From: Tricharina praecox
Lineage: Eukaryota
DNA length: 64,000 nucleotides
Assembly (NCBI RefSeq): GCF_024521635.1
Contig: NW_026250414.1
Coordinates: 124,001 to 188,000 of the forward strand
Reading direction: 5' to 3'
The notes beneath the pieces were generated by a model, which was not told the origin of the DNA, searched no databases, and was given only the letters and a program-made list of their open reading frames with translations. Position numbers and translations under genes: made by a program. Positions within the stretch are counted from its first letter, which is position 1, and the number at the start of each line of letters is the position of its first letter. Below are positions 48,247-63,360 of the stretch, piece by piece.

Positions 48247-51200
48247 CTAAACATCGAATATCCTGCCGACCGATCCCTCCCCCTCATCCCACTTGCCCTG
48301 CCCTTGGTCACGGACATTCCAGTACTCGCCGCCATCCACCGTCTCCTCGCCCTTGATGCGCCACACCTCTTCGTCCGCGTACTCTCGCACCTTGGTGAAC
48401 CAGCGGGGAGTCCAGTTTTCGCCGACATCTTCCATATCCTTCCTCCTGGCCCGCTGCGCCTCTTCGAGGCGGCCCTTGATCTCCTCGGCGTCGTCAAGAT
48501 CGCCGTTCTCGACCATTCGCTGGTCGGGCCGGAGACGCGAGTCAGTGGCAGGGAGACGGTTCTTCTCGATAGCTGTGACTTCGTTGAGTTGAGCTGCGAA
48601 CCGTGTGAAGCCATAGCGGGCCGGAGCACCATCGACAGCAGCACTAACACGCCAAACCTCGCGTGGTGGCTCCTCAGAGTCTACATCGGAGAGCAGGAGG
48701 CTTTCGGTCCACTTTCCGGCGAGAGAGGTGGGGTAGGGGGAGCCGTTCGCGTTGAAGGCTTGGATTGAAACTTCTTCTGAGCGGCCGGCGAACATCCCCT
48801 TGTTTTGTTTGAACGTCACCACGGCCTTTTCGCCGGTCGTCTCGTTATGCACATGCATGTGGCCTGTGGGCTCGACATACTTCTCGCCGGCAATGATATT
48901 GCGCAGGAAGCTGGTTGCTACCGTGTAGGAGTACCGGTCGTTGGTGGACGGGATGTAGATGCGCACGCGCCCGGAGGTGATGAGTTCCGCGGACTTGCCC
49001 CAGAATTTTTGTGTGGGCTGAGGGGATTGGGAGAACGTCCAGAGCGCGGAGTCGGCGTGGCAGGCCATGATGACGGGGCGGTGGCATACCTTCTCCGCGA
49101 TGAAGCGGAAGCCTTTGTCTTCGCGCACCAGTTCGAACGTCTCGCCGAGCATCGGGTTGAAGGGCTTGCGGATTGCACGCTCCTTGACGCGAGCGTTCGA
49201 GAACGAGCTGACGGCAAAGGCAGCGATGAGGAGGATACGCTCGCCGGTCTCTGCGGGTGCCGTAGCCGCCTGATCCAGCAGTTCGGAGTACTCCAGTTGT
49301 TCCGATACGCGCTGCAGGAGGGAGAGCGGTTCGTTTGCGGAAACGGGCATGGCGATCGTGGACAGATCTTTTCCTACGTTCTTTCTCAGGAATCCGATCA
49401 AGCTGGGTGGTAGCTGTTTCGCCTCAGGTACGGTGGTCCGTCGATTGACCGGCTCGATGGGCAACGGCTTAAGCTCCCGCTTCTCGTTACTCGGTCCTTT
49501 GGGAGCATCCAGGCTTCCCGGTGTCGCTTGAGGTGCATCATTGAAGCTGCCGCCGTCCTCTGGATCACTCTCTTCGTCGTCCGTCGCTTCGTCTTCTGCC
49601 GTACCCCCGTCCCCTCTTTGATCGTCGTCTTCATCATTGTTCAACATCACGACTCGGTCCCTATCGTCCATTGCATCTTCTGCATCAAAGAATTCATCGC
49701 TGGCGGTGGATTCCATACTCATTCGCGACGATCGTTCATGCAAGGGCTGTTGGGTGCTCGCTCTGTGGTGCAGCCATCTCCTCTGCTTATTCTCCTGCAC
49801 GAGGGACGAAAAATCCGTCACGACCGAGTCGAGATCCGTCAACAACGCATGAAGGTTGAGACTGATATCCTGGTGTCCGCCAGCTGGTGGGGAGAACGGC
49901 CGTGCAACAGCTCCTGCAGTCGTAGAGCCAAGCATTCCCACCGCTTGGCCGACAGATTTCCGGTGCTCCCGGTTTGTCGATGCTAAGGTTGGAACGGACG
50001 CCGGCGCGGACGTCTTGCGTTTCCAAAAGCCCCGTTTCGCGGCGGCAGCAGCCCTGTCATCTTGGGAAATGATAGAAGCAGAGGAGGAAGCCGCCTCCGA
50101 TCCCGCCATACCGGCAAGTGTTGGTGCTTCCGCGGCTTGGTACGCTAGACGCCTAACGGCATCGCGAACTCCGGCGACCCGGCCGACTAGGGCTTCCACG
50201 TGGGCCCAACCTCGCTCCTCCATGATCACATTTCGACTATCAACCACCCCCGGCTCGGAGTGATCCTCGGGAGGACGCAGTGAAGCTCTACCTCCGGTGC
50301 TAGCCTTCGCAGCTTCCGTTGCCGCACGCTCGAGCGCGGTCTTCCACGTCTCCCAGTCCTTGTCGTTATTGGCCCTGAGATGCCACACCTCGGCACCGGA
50401 GTCGATGCAGATCTCTCTATCTTTCTGACTCGCACTGATGGCAGCCAGCGATAACGGAATCGCGCCACGCAGCGCAGAGGACTCCCGGTTGAGGTAGTAG
50501 GACAATGTCGAGCTAGTGAAATCCAGCGAGAAGTACCGACGAGCGTAGCCCTGATGCCGCTTGCGCTTGCGCTTCTTCAGCACACCGGTTTGGAATCCCA
50601 CTGGCGTCGAGAGTTCGTCTCGATTTCCATCATGGTGGCTATAGATCGATATCGTTTCTGCGGACCGTGACGACGGTGCAAGCGTGTTCCGGGTTAACGT
50701 GTGCGATAGAGCTGTGTTCGAGTCGGCGTGATGAAGCGCGTGCGATGCAGGGGGGGGTTGGTTGGAGGGGTAGGTGAGCAAGACAAATGTCGCCGTTTTT
50801 GCGACCTGTTTCGAGAACGTGTTGTCGAAGACCTAATCGCGTCCCACTCAGCTTCCGCAGCTCTCCATCTCACCATCTCACCAAGATCTGTATATACCAA
50901 CGCAAACATTCCTCCCTGACTCTTCACTTGGTACGTCCCTGTGGTGACCTTCTCAGCCTCACACTTGCCGTGCCAGTAGACATCGAGCAGCCCCGCCGCG
51001 TGAATCTTCTCGATGGCATCGCTCTGGCCGTTTCCGGCTCGCGATGATCTCCTATCCCTGACGGTGGACGCCGATGACTCTTCGGAACGCGCTGTAGAAG
51101 GTGGGTTTATCGATACCGCGGACGAGGAGTTGCTACCAGGGTGCCGAAACAGCCCAAAGTTCCTGCGCACCAGAAAGCTGTCAGGGTCCAGTCTATTACA

Positions 51201-51421
51201 GAAGCCGAATCATCTGCTCTCCCTTACAATGACTTCTTGTGGGGCTTGATCGACCAGTGGATGGTGTTGCCAGGCGCACATTCTACCCAGCGAATGATGT
51301 AGGACTAAATGTATACACCCCCTGATAAGCGTGGTGCTCTTATGGCCGAAGTGGGTCGGGAGGATGGGATGCCGCCCGTCTAACTCACCCTGCTGGGAAC
51401 CTCAAGCTGTTCCATAGCCAT
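48247..51421 (-). CDS. OSH3: Oxysterol-binding protein homologue of the Osh3 type (GOLD-PH-FFAT-ORD), ~986 aa
   Basis: GOLD domain (SYIIRWV...KPHKKSLNFG...VFDNTFSK); PH domain (LKKRKRKRHQGYARRYFSLD); FFAT DEFFDAED; ORD (MPVSANEPLSLLQR, KPFNPMLGETFE, EKVCHRP). Introns 51305-51388, 51163-51227 and 50833-50897. Confidence 0.95.
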
Positions 51422-52180
51422 CTCTGACTTTCTTGCTTGATATAACTTTCCGACCGAGACGAGAGGGGACGAGGGTGAAGCTGGAGTCTGAACGAGGGTG
51501 AAGCTGAGCTCTGGGCGAGCGGACGAGCTGGGGCTGAACTGGTGCAATTGTACTGATGCGATGCGATGGCGATGGGGGGGAATGGATGCAACTTGAATGG
51601 AGGGGGTATATAATCCGTGTAACTGTCGGTGTGTCAATCTCACGTTTATCCCTCCCCCGACGTAAGCTTCCAAAGACAGGGCTAACTCTATGATGAGACG
51701 GGATGCGGATATCCGAGTTCAGGGTACTTTAAGGTACCAGCTAAGCGGAATTGGCGAGTGCGGTGCGGAAACTTGGCACGGCACGGGAACTCAAAGATCT
51801 TCAATTGTGTGGGCACACTCTTGCGATGACGGCCCCCCTTCATACGGCGGCAGAGGCTGATTAAGTAGTTCTCGCCGATGGTATCTCGGTCGCTTTACCC
51901 TTTGTGTCAGAAGCTATTCTTTGTGGTAGACGTGTCCTCAATTTTCGTGACGGCTGCCTTGTCTTGCCGTTGTGATCCCGAGGCAACCACCGTAGATGTC
52001 ATCAGTGCATCCCCACGTCACATTTGGCGGCACATTTGAATTTTGGACTGGGGAGTTAGTAAGCACTCAACCGACCGAGATGATTACCGCACGGTACTCC
52101 GGCATGGTACGATCCTTCGGAGTGGAGCGCGGTGTATTTCGTTTGCAGGTTTCTAGCGCCTCGTTAGGCGGTGGTGGGCC

Positions 52181-52322
52181 ATGAGTTCGAAGAGTCACGG
52201 ACTCGAGTACGGGGCAGCATGAATTCGAAGAGTCACGAACGCGAGTACGGAGCCTCGCGTCCAGGGACACGAGTACGATCACGTACCGAGCTTCGCATCT
52301 AGGGACACGGGTACGATCACGG
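52181..52322. repeat. Degenerate ~38-nt minisatellite (two duplicated units)
   Basis: atgaRttcgaagagtcacg...cgagtacgg at 52181 and 52219; gagcYtcgcRtcYagggacacgRgtacgatcacg at 52250 and 52288. Confidence 0.8.
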
Positions 52323-52918
52323 ACAATACCGCACTCCTCCCCGTCTAGACGGCCTAACCACCAAATCTCTAGTCTTCACATCTTCCATCATGACAACCCT
52401 TCTTTCACCGGACCCTCCTCTAAACCCACCTCCTCGTCGTCTGCTTTGCCCGGCACTCTCAACCATAGGCGTTACCCAACATTCACCATCCTGCTTCACA
52501 CTCCTCGGACTGCGTGAGGATCGCTTTTAGCTACCTGTAGCGGCCCTAAGAGTGACGCGTTGGCAGGGCAGTTGCGTGGGACAGAGACCGCTAGCGCAAT
52601 GGAAGGCTTCACAGATATCACTCGTGCAATCGGGCTCTCTACGGAAATGATTAGATCAATCACTCGAACTGTCGACACGGATATGTACATTGTAGTATGT
52701 AAACAGCCGTGATCATTTAGGTTGAATAAGACACTCGCACCAGTATGAACCGCCTTGTGCTGGGTACTTCGTAACTGAGGCGTGAGTCGACCATAACCCC
52801 GAAGTCGCCCTACTCCCCTTCCCAAAATCGCAATAGACTCATTCAACAGCACCTACGTAACTCATTCATTCATCACTCATCCCGTCCACACGCCCCAGCG
52901 GATCCATCCATCAACCAA

Positions 52919-54333
52919 CTACAATCTACTCATCCCCATCCCCCTCCTCTTGACACACACCGCAATATCCTCCGCCAACCCCGCCGTAACCGGCAACATC
53001 TCCCTCCCCGCCTCCTTCTTCAACGGCAATACCCTATACTTCTGCACGCCAGGGCCCCTAACGCACTCCGTGACGGGGGGATCATGCATGCGTCTTTCGA
53101 GGACGTTCAAGTCTATCTCCGCGCCGGCCTGTCGGGCCTTCTCGACGAACGCCGTGATATCGGGGAGAAACAGCTCTGCTCCGCCAGCGAGGACGTGGGT
53201 TCTCTGTGGGAGAACCGAGGAAAGGTCGTGGGAGGTGTGCACGAACTCGGTGTATTTCTGCAGTGTGGCGTCGGTGGCGGGAGTGGTCCCGCGGAAGGAC
53301 GAGGCGAAACTCTCGAGTCCCGCCGGTGGGATAAAGTCTACTAAAGCGTTGGAGGTGTAGCTGCTCCGCATTGCGTGCAGTGATACCCATGGCGAGATGA
53401 GGATCGCGAGTGATGGCTTCGCGAGGCGCGTGGTGGGGTTGGGGATTATGGAGGGGTGGGGGGAGGCGAGGTGCGTAAGAAGGCTGAGACTCAGGTTTGC
53501 TGGTACATAGATGTTAGCAGTGTGCGCAGGTGTGTAGGCGGGGAGATACCTATATGTACATACCTCCAGCCGAATCCCCCATGACCGCAATCTTCGCCGG
53601 CTCGATTCCCAACTCCTCAACGAGGTACTGATACCCTCTAGCGGCCTGCTCCAGCTGCGCAGGAAACGCAGCTTCAGGCGCGAGCGTATAGTCCAGGGCG
53701 AAGATGGAAACCTTCACGCCGCGCAGCAGCAATGCTTCGGCCAGGCGCAGCTGGAACACCAAGAAGTGGCCTGGCTGGTAAATGCAGTACGCGCCGCCGT
53801 GGAGGTAATACAACACCAGCTCCGACTCCGTCGGCGACGTTGGTTCGCTGAGCGAATTCCGCATGATCCAGTAGCCGAGCATGTTTGCGCGCCGGACGGG
53901 CTGGTATAGATGCTGCTTTACGCCGGCGAATCGCGGTACCGAGAGGACCTTTGCTGCGGCGGCATCCCCGGAGCCGTGGAAGCTGCGGATCTGCCGGCTG
54001 GAGAGGAGGGCCGTTGATCTGGCGGTTTATTAGAGCTGTGGGGATAAGAGGGGTAGAGGGACGAACGTTCGCATAGAATCCAGTCTCAAATCGAGACTGA
54101 GCGGGAGATGTGTAGGCCCAATCCCTACCTGGCGTCGAAGGATGACTTTGGGCACCGTGATACCTTTTGTCCAGTTAGCTAACCAGCCCATCTTCATACC
54201 ATCCTTCTAATCCATTAACCAAGTACTCACCGTACAAATACAGCGGAAGAAACTTGACGGAAAGTCTCTCCCAGAACGTGAGCTGCCCATAATCGGGATT
54301 GGTGTCGAAATTTGAAGTATCTCTCTCTGCCAT
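52919..54333 (-). CDS. Alpha/beta hydrolase, HSL-like (Say1/Mug180-type esterase), ~411 aa
   Basis: YYLHGGAY oxyanion motif, LDYTLAPEAAFPAQL, GDSAG nucleophile, ISPWV, ELFLPD and MHD. Introns 54164-54230, 54019-54066 and 53500-53563. Confidence 0.88.
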
Positions 54334-54813
54334 GATATGATCGTCTGGGTGTATGTTCAATACGAAAATTCAAAGATCCATGAAGAGCAAGTAAAGATGG
54401 CAGTTATTTCAATTCAAGAACGCGACGAGCCTGAGCTCGGCGGGCCGACTCTATGCCGAGGCATCATTGACACCCAGTGGAGTCGTTAGTCTCGTCCTGT
54501 CGGCAGTGGTTCCATTGCCTGAACCACAAACAAAGTGAGAGACAGACAACAACTGATTTACAGCATGGATGTATGTACGTAATGTACGTACCTATGTGTG
54601 GGTGCTAAAGTTTAAACAAAGCTACTCCACATTCTCAGGTATCCAGAGAGATGGCATATGGGTGATGGCCACTGGCCAGGCGGGCCCAGGGTTAGGTCTG
54701 GCGATGTATTCCCAAGTCATTCACTCTACCGACGGCTCAGAAAAACGTGATCCTCAGCACGGAGGTTTTGAAAGAAGGCAACAGGAATTGAAAATTCCTC
54801 GGATCACCCCACG

Positions 54814-54863
54814 AAACTCCGCCATACAAGAAGCTAACAAACTCCGCCATACAAGAAGCTGAC
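54814..54863. repeat. 25-nt tandem duplication
   Basis: aaactccgccatacaagaagctRac twice. Confidence 0.85.
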
Positions 54864-55141
54864 GTAAGACTCAATATCTAACTCAACACCCATTCTCACT
54901 CGCTCCGCACAACCATATTCGTAATCAATAACAGTGGAGATCAACTCTGTAGATATATCCGTCAGTCCAAATCTCATGAATCAAAAGGGGGCGGGGGTAA
55001 CATGCCTACAATCGCAGCAGCCGCTGCTGATTTTAATAAAACAAGACTCCTTTCATAACAATGTGTGGGGTATCGATGAATGAAAGGTAAAAGAACATTT
55101 CAGATCCTGGAGAATGCACACCACAAGAAGCCTGAAATCAG

Positions 55142-56232
55142 TCAGACCAATACCTTGTCTGTGTCCATATCAATCTTCATCTCCGTATCGATCGGGGGTA
55201 ACGGAACAAAAGTTTGAATGTCCATCTTTGTCTCCGTGTTAGTGTCCATCTTCGTCTCCGTATCGGTCAGCGGTGATGGAACAGAAGTGACAATGTCCAT
55301 TTTCGCCTCCGTCTCGGTCGGCAGTGACGGAACAGATGCGTCAGTGTCCATCTTGGTCTCCGTGTCGGTCGACGGCAATGAAACAGAAGTGTCCGTAGCT
55401 TCAACCACAGTCTCGGTAGCAGCTTCCGTGGAGTCGGTAGCACTCCCTCCATTCCATTCGGTCCAGTTTCGCTCGAATTTCCACAGGCTCTCGTCTTCAG
55501 GAAGAGATACGCATGTTATTGTAGCTGGCAGACGAGGAGATGGACACGGCCTCGAATAAGCTGGCCAATGGTGCGATCCGGAGTACGGAGACCTGCCGGT
55601 GTATTCAGGCCCTGCGTAATATATCGCTTCCAGTGGTGCTGTGTTGGTACTTAGTTCAATGTGATGTGAAGATGGCTCGATTGAGAGGACATACCGAGAG
55701 TAGAAGTCTGAGTACAAGTAACACTCTCTTCGTCAATCCGGAAGAGAGTAGCCGGACCGTCTCTATCTCCCAAGGTTGTATCCGTCGAAGGCCGTTTGTT
55801 GTACGTCGAACTCGAACCGGTGTTTACAGTCTGTCCTGAACGGTGGGCTACAAGAAGCGTGTCAGCGGAATCAAACGTAGTGGGAACCCCAGCTGAAGGC
55901 CTGAACTTACACGAGGACAGAGAATTACGAGCCGATCGATCCTTATTCTCACCAACCATCTCGTTTCCAGCCGCCTCTTCACTATCACTGGCTCGACAGC
56001 CGCGGCAGCTAGCACAAAAGCTCACCAGGAACAACACCACTGTCGAAGTGATGATAAACGTCGAACTGGAAAGCACCCAGAGGTATACCCGTGTGCTGGA
56101 TCCTCTGAGGTTGGGCAGGAATGAGATTCCGAATAGACAGCCGGAGAGGAGGAAAAGAAGGATCAGGATGCTGTAGCAAGCATTCTTTTCCCGCCTGCAT
56201 GAGAGTCTCTTGTGTTTTGGGGGTTGAGTCAT
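55142..56232 (-). CDS. Hypothetical protein with two N-terminal hydrophobic segments and C-terminal acidic T/D-rich repeats, ~344 aa
   Basis: A canonical intron at 55639-55694 (GTATGT..CTAAG..CAG) joins the two track ORFs (55651-56232 and 55142-55717) in frame. Confidence 0.7.
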
Positions 56233-56660
56233 TGAGAAAGGGATTCGACAGCGATGGCTATCACGAAAGACTTGAACAGAGGAGTTGGAGTTGAAGGTAG
56301 AAGTGATGGTGGTGGTGAAAGGAGTGCAATGGTAGTGATGGCCGTTGGTTTTTGTGAGTCTAGAGCTGCATCAAGTCGAATTCAGTCGCATAAAGCTCAA
56401 CCAGTGTACTACCCCACCACTGGCAGGTTTGGCCATAGCTCGTAAGCACAGATGGAAAACCCAGGTACTTTAGGTACATGTAATATCGTTTGTCAATGAC
56501 AGCAAATTCAATTCTTGAGTATTTCGACGTGAAATGTTTGGCCAACGAAATTCGGCCTAGCTGAAAGATGTCTAGCTCCGGGGAATGTTCGTTAATGGTA
56601 TTTACGGATCCCAGCTACGATCACCTCGCAACGGTCTTCCTCATGATGATATCTCTGCCC

Positions 56661-57486
56661 TCAACCTTGAGTCTTTTTCAATTCCGCCCTCACCATCGTC
56701 CTCACTTCCTCGGCGGTAAGGCCTTCACTCGCCATCAAGCACCTTCCAATCATCAACGTCGTCGCGACATCCCCCGAGTCAACCCACGCCTTCCCGTTTC
56801 TCCCGATAGCACACTCGAACGCTATACTCTTTCCCAGCTCTTCCAGCAGCTCGACGCCACTGCCACCTTCCCATTTCTCGCCCGCCCTCGTGGCAGCCTG
56901 CAGCATCTTTTTTCCGTCGCCCAGCAGCCGCCTGGCAAGTCCAAGGCTGATGGAAAAAATCATCCCTCCCTTTAACTCTCCGAAACCAGATCCCTTCCCC
57001 GTCTCGGCATCGTAGCATTCCAGCTCGGGGTCCATGTGTTTGTTTGCCAGTGAGATGCGCGCATACACCGTCGCGCCGGGGTGGAAAATGGGGCGTGTCT
57101 TTTTCGTAGCGTTGGGGAAAGCGAGGTGCGGAAGCGTAGCCTGTACGCTGGAAGGTGCGGGCGAGGTGGAGGAGGGAATGGCGCAGATGTAAGCGTCGGC
57201 CGAGGAGCGAAGGATAGTTGCTACGACGGCATCTTGGGGGTAAGGAATATACTATCACTCGTTAGCCGGGACATAAAGAATTATGGCACGGGATCAGTAC
57301 GCGGCGGGAGTTGCTTTCTATCCACAACGCATGTTTCCGGGCATCAACTACCAGTTCACCAGCTTTGTGAGCGGTGATGGTGGTGGGCGGAGTATGGATG
57401 AGGCCAGGTCCAAGCTTGAGGGTGGCGTTAGCTTTCTGTGGCGCCGGGAGGTCGGCGACCGTGTCGCCAGGGAAAAGGAGAGGCAT
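56661..57486 (-). CDS. RRP40: Exosome cap subunit Rrp40, ~258 aa
   Basis: LLFPGD...LKLGPGL...KAG.L...RRYIP..D.VVA...LAFPNATKKTRP...VYARISLANKHMDPELEC...FECAIGRNGKAWV. Intron 57252-57300. Confidence 0.93.
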
Positions 57487-60400
57487 GGTTTTGGAGTTTG
57501 GAGTTTGGAGGTTGGTGGTGGATTATGAAGTCGTGATTATCGCGAAGAACAAAAGCTGCATGGATAGAGAGCGCGACGGCATGTCCCGGCTTGGCTAGTG
57601 TGCGGCTCTCAGTTGAACTTAAACCCTCCCACTTATGTAATGACAATAAGCGCTCTTCACAACACATTTCCGCCCACTTCTGTTCACGATACCCTTCGCC
57701 ACTTGGCTGTATATAGCCAGCCAACCTACCCAATAATTCTTCGGTAGTCCGAGGATACAGCAAGACGGCCAAAATGGGGTCACAAGAGGCCAGATCACGG
57801 GGGTGTAGTTAGGTACCTCGCACTGGAAAACCGCCCATGTAAGGACACCCCAAGAAAGACCGTGTAATCGCACGCAACTAGTTCAAGATATTACGAGATA
57901 ATGATGTCCACTCTTCAATTACTGGCGCTTCCGGGAAAATTCATCCATGATAAAGAGCTGAAGTTCGATCGAAGAAATGCACTTCATGCGCAGCGTTGGG
58001 GGAAGTAATGAATTTTGCGCGGCAGTGGCGGCACGCTCAAGTGGCTGTACTTTTGCGTTGGATGGCAGTGAATGACGACAGTGCTCCCCCATGCGCCGTT
58101 TCCATTACCTACTCAGCGTAACGGGGCAGGAAGGACAGCAGGAGCTCGTGGGGCATCAAACTCTCCCAGCATAAGCCGTTTCAGCGATGAACTCCCTTAT
58201 GTCGATCTAACTGTATGTACCAACAGTTGACTGCGGGACCGTAATGGAGTCTGTGGCACAGGAAAGCGCTCTGTCGGTCTTCAAACCCCGTATCATAGTG
58301 AGTGATAGTTCATGAAGCGACGACAATCCACCAGTCAGGCCCATAAAACCGCTTCGAGCTCTGCCTAAAATCCAGCTCTGCCTAAAATCCAGCTCGAATG
58401 CCGCCAACGTTGCCGCACATTCGATTAAAACTTTTGCGGTCTGAATTTGATATATATTTTAGAATTTCCTTGCATACCTCTGGGGGCGGGTTGAGGATGG
58501 GTTTGAGATAAATGGTGTGGGGTACTTCACACCATCACAGAGTCATGCGTTCCACTCACGAATCCGACCTTGAGCTCCTCCATCTACCATACCTGCACTA
58601 ACATCAAATCTCAAGCTCAACCAACCGTTTTCCGAGCCTAAGGGTGATTCGTGACTAACGTTCTCTAGCCGCGCGGTTTGCCTGACCCCCGCGATGTTTC
58701 GGTCGCAAGGGGCCTAGCCGATTCGCGACACCAGAACTCGCCATACTTCTTGTACGATTACCTGCAGCGCTGCGTCATCTCATTCATCTAGGTGGTCTGT
58801 TGAACCTCGTCTTTCATGTCTCACCACACACGCAATCGGTAGAAGAGCGAGTCTCCCGACGCAGGTTGGGTACCCATCGTTCTTGATGGTGGAAACCAAA
58901 CGACCGGACAAGGCGGAGCTCGAGGTGTCGGAAGGTATACCCGTGGCGCTTCCGGACGAACCTGACCTCACTGCTAGGCTAGACTTGGACAAAGGAGAAT
59001 CGTATGTACCTATTCCGAAATTATTCTATCATACGGCTGTTTTTACGCATCCATTCTAGATCTCGACTGTGCGAATGTACTATGGAGGGGGCTTGAACCT
59101 ATATTCTCGAGTTCTTGAATGTTGGTACCTACATCTGACACCACCTCTCCTGTTGTACCAAAAAGTTTGCTATGCCTGCGTCGACATCTCGAGCGGGGAA
59201 ACAAATACAAAGGCAGGTGTCGGTTTTTAAACCCCAACTGATGGAGGCTCGCTTCAGCCGTTCGTCGCACGTGGATGGAAAGTTCCGGATATCTTTTCCA
59301 TTCAGTCCAGGCGTCATGAGCCCTTTGGAGTCTCCGGTTGCACTTTCTGGCCCAGGACATGGCCCACCAGTGTTTCGCCGTCATTTCGACGGAGTGACCG
59401 GTCATGATTGGAACATTTGCACGATGCATCCACGGCAGAGTATGCCGAGTGCAGGAAGCCACGTAATGTTTCGATGCAAGCCTGCATAACAAGCTGAACA
59501 TAATCTTCAGGTTCCCCGCGGTATGTATTGTACATATATGCTCTGGCTGGAGCGGTTGCATATCGCCGCGTGTGTAGCGGGTAGGGCATGCTGACATGCA
59601 CATGCAACATCTAGAGGAGCACACAAAAGAAAGGAAACCACCTCCGTTCGCCTGGCGCCAGATTTATACCGAACCACAATCGAGATTGACTGGTCCAAAA
59701 GGGTGTCACAGAATGGGGGCTGACAAGGCCCTGCCTCATATTTTCGTGTGCAAACGGCCTTGTTTTTGTGTAATATCTTCCGTGAGCATTCTTTCTGTGA
59801 GAACTCGATCCTCCGCACACGTATGCGTCCCCCAGGCTTTGTGCACCCAAGTACTAGGGCTGGTCGAGGGCTTCAAGGTATCCATTCCTAGCTTTGTTTG
59901 GCATTCACACCAAGATTCGAGAGTGAGGCTGATGACTGTTATCGTAGAACTCTCGTCATCCCAACGTTACCGAATCAAAACACCCTTCCGAAGTGATAAG
60001 CAAACCGCCACGGTCAATTCAAGCTGCCCTCGTCGATGAAAAACATTCCCCCTCCTCCCCGGCGCTCCTTCTGGAGGAATGCACAAAGAATTGTAAACCG
60101 AAAAAATCCCGAACGAGTTTCAGCAGCCCACTCCCCCCTGCGCCGACAAGTGGTTCGAATTCACCAACATGGCTTTGAGTGGTAATTAATAGCGGTAATA
60201 TCGTAGCGCGGTTATGCAGGTGCACCACCATTAAGCACCCATTAAACCCGCAGCAGCAGACTTGAGCCCCGCACACCCCTCCATTTGAACTCGATCCCGA
60301 TCCCAACCTTCCTTCCCTTCCCTCTCCCTCTTCCCCTTCTCCTCCTCTTTACACCTTCACCACTAGCTCCACTCAATCTCCCACGCCCGTTAAACCGCTT

Positions 60401-60907
60401 TTATCCCTCGTTCGACTGCGGTTTCGTCCCCGTTAGACGGAAAGAAAGAAAGGAAAGCGCCATCTTCTGCCATCGGCGAAACGAACTCCGGAGTACGCAT
60501 CATCCGTCGGCCATCTAGCTACCTTGGCCATCCACCCGTACTGAGCCACGCAGTCTTAGCTATCCCTCTACAGGGACCTTATAAATCCCGACCTCTGTCG
60601 GATCGAGCTTCATTCTGCACCTCCATCTCCAACCCACCCACCATCGGCACGCCTTTGTAAATTGTCCTTGGCCCATTTTGCGCCCTCGGAATAGGCATCA
60701 AATCTATCCCAGCCCCGTCCCATTCAATCGCATCATCTGCTTTCGAAAGACTTCTTTTTTCTCTCTCTTTCGGACTGCGACCTCATCTAGTTACCCGCAA
60801 TCTTGACGGCTGAGTGCACATTCCCAACTCCGCAATAATACAACGCGACACAACCAACACACTACACTACCTACTGCTACCCCCCGGCAAACCCAAACAC
60901 CTACGTC

Positions 60908-62717
<1,810 letters not shown>

Positions 62718-63360
62718 ATTCATCTTCCCATAGCCAGCCATATGTAGCTGCGGGGATGTGGGCGTTTTCTTGTAATACAAATCCTCCTCATGTCTTTCTG
62801 TTTTTTTTCTTCCACATTTTCATGTTGCAGGGCGGTGGGCGGGTGGGGGGAATCTGAGTTGGTATGATATACCTATTGCGTTTCTAAATAGGGGGCCATG
62901 GCATGGGATACCTATGAAAAAGCGGTTTGTATGGATTGTTTTTGTTTTGATTTCGCATTATTTTTTTCTCTTCTGGTGTGTTGTGTTTTTTTTTCTTTCC
63001 TACCAGCTTGCTCAGATATCCCCTAGCTAGTAAAGTCAAGTCAAGTCAAGTCGTATGATCAAGATTGAACATGAACATGAACATGAATGCTCGCTCGCTC
63101 GACGCTCGGGCTACTCGGGCTATGTAAAGGCCTGTTTATTTTATGTATCCATCCATCCTCACCGTCCACCAGAAAGAAAAAACAAGGGAAAAAAACGCCA
63201 ACCCAAATCTTGCAGTAAGTAATACGAAACACAACGGAACAGAAGAACGAGAACACAGAGAACAGAGAAACCTAAGAATAATTTGACACAAACACAAAAT
63301 ATCTGACCGTACAGTAGGCAGGTAGGATTACATAACACAACACAACACAACACATTTTGC

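Noticed and set aside
52181-52322. CRISPR-like repeat-spacer pattern
   Set aside because: Eukaryotic context, the units are tandem duplications without unique spacers, and there are no cas genes.
58700-59990. Overlapping protein-like ORFs (e.g. 59043-59624, minus) upstream of the MAPK
   Set aside because: I could not build a consistent spliced model or recognise a domain; possible pseudogene or TE relic, unsupported without a search.
60152-60165. Isolated B-box-like GGTTCGAATTC
   Set aside because: No cloverleaf or suitably placed A-box; a single short match can occur by chance.
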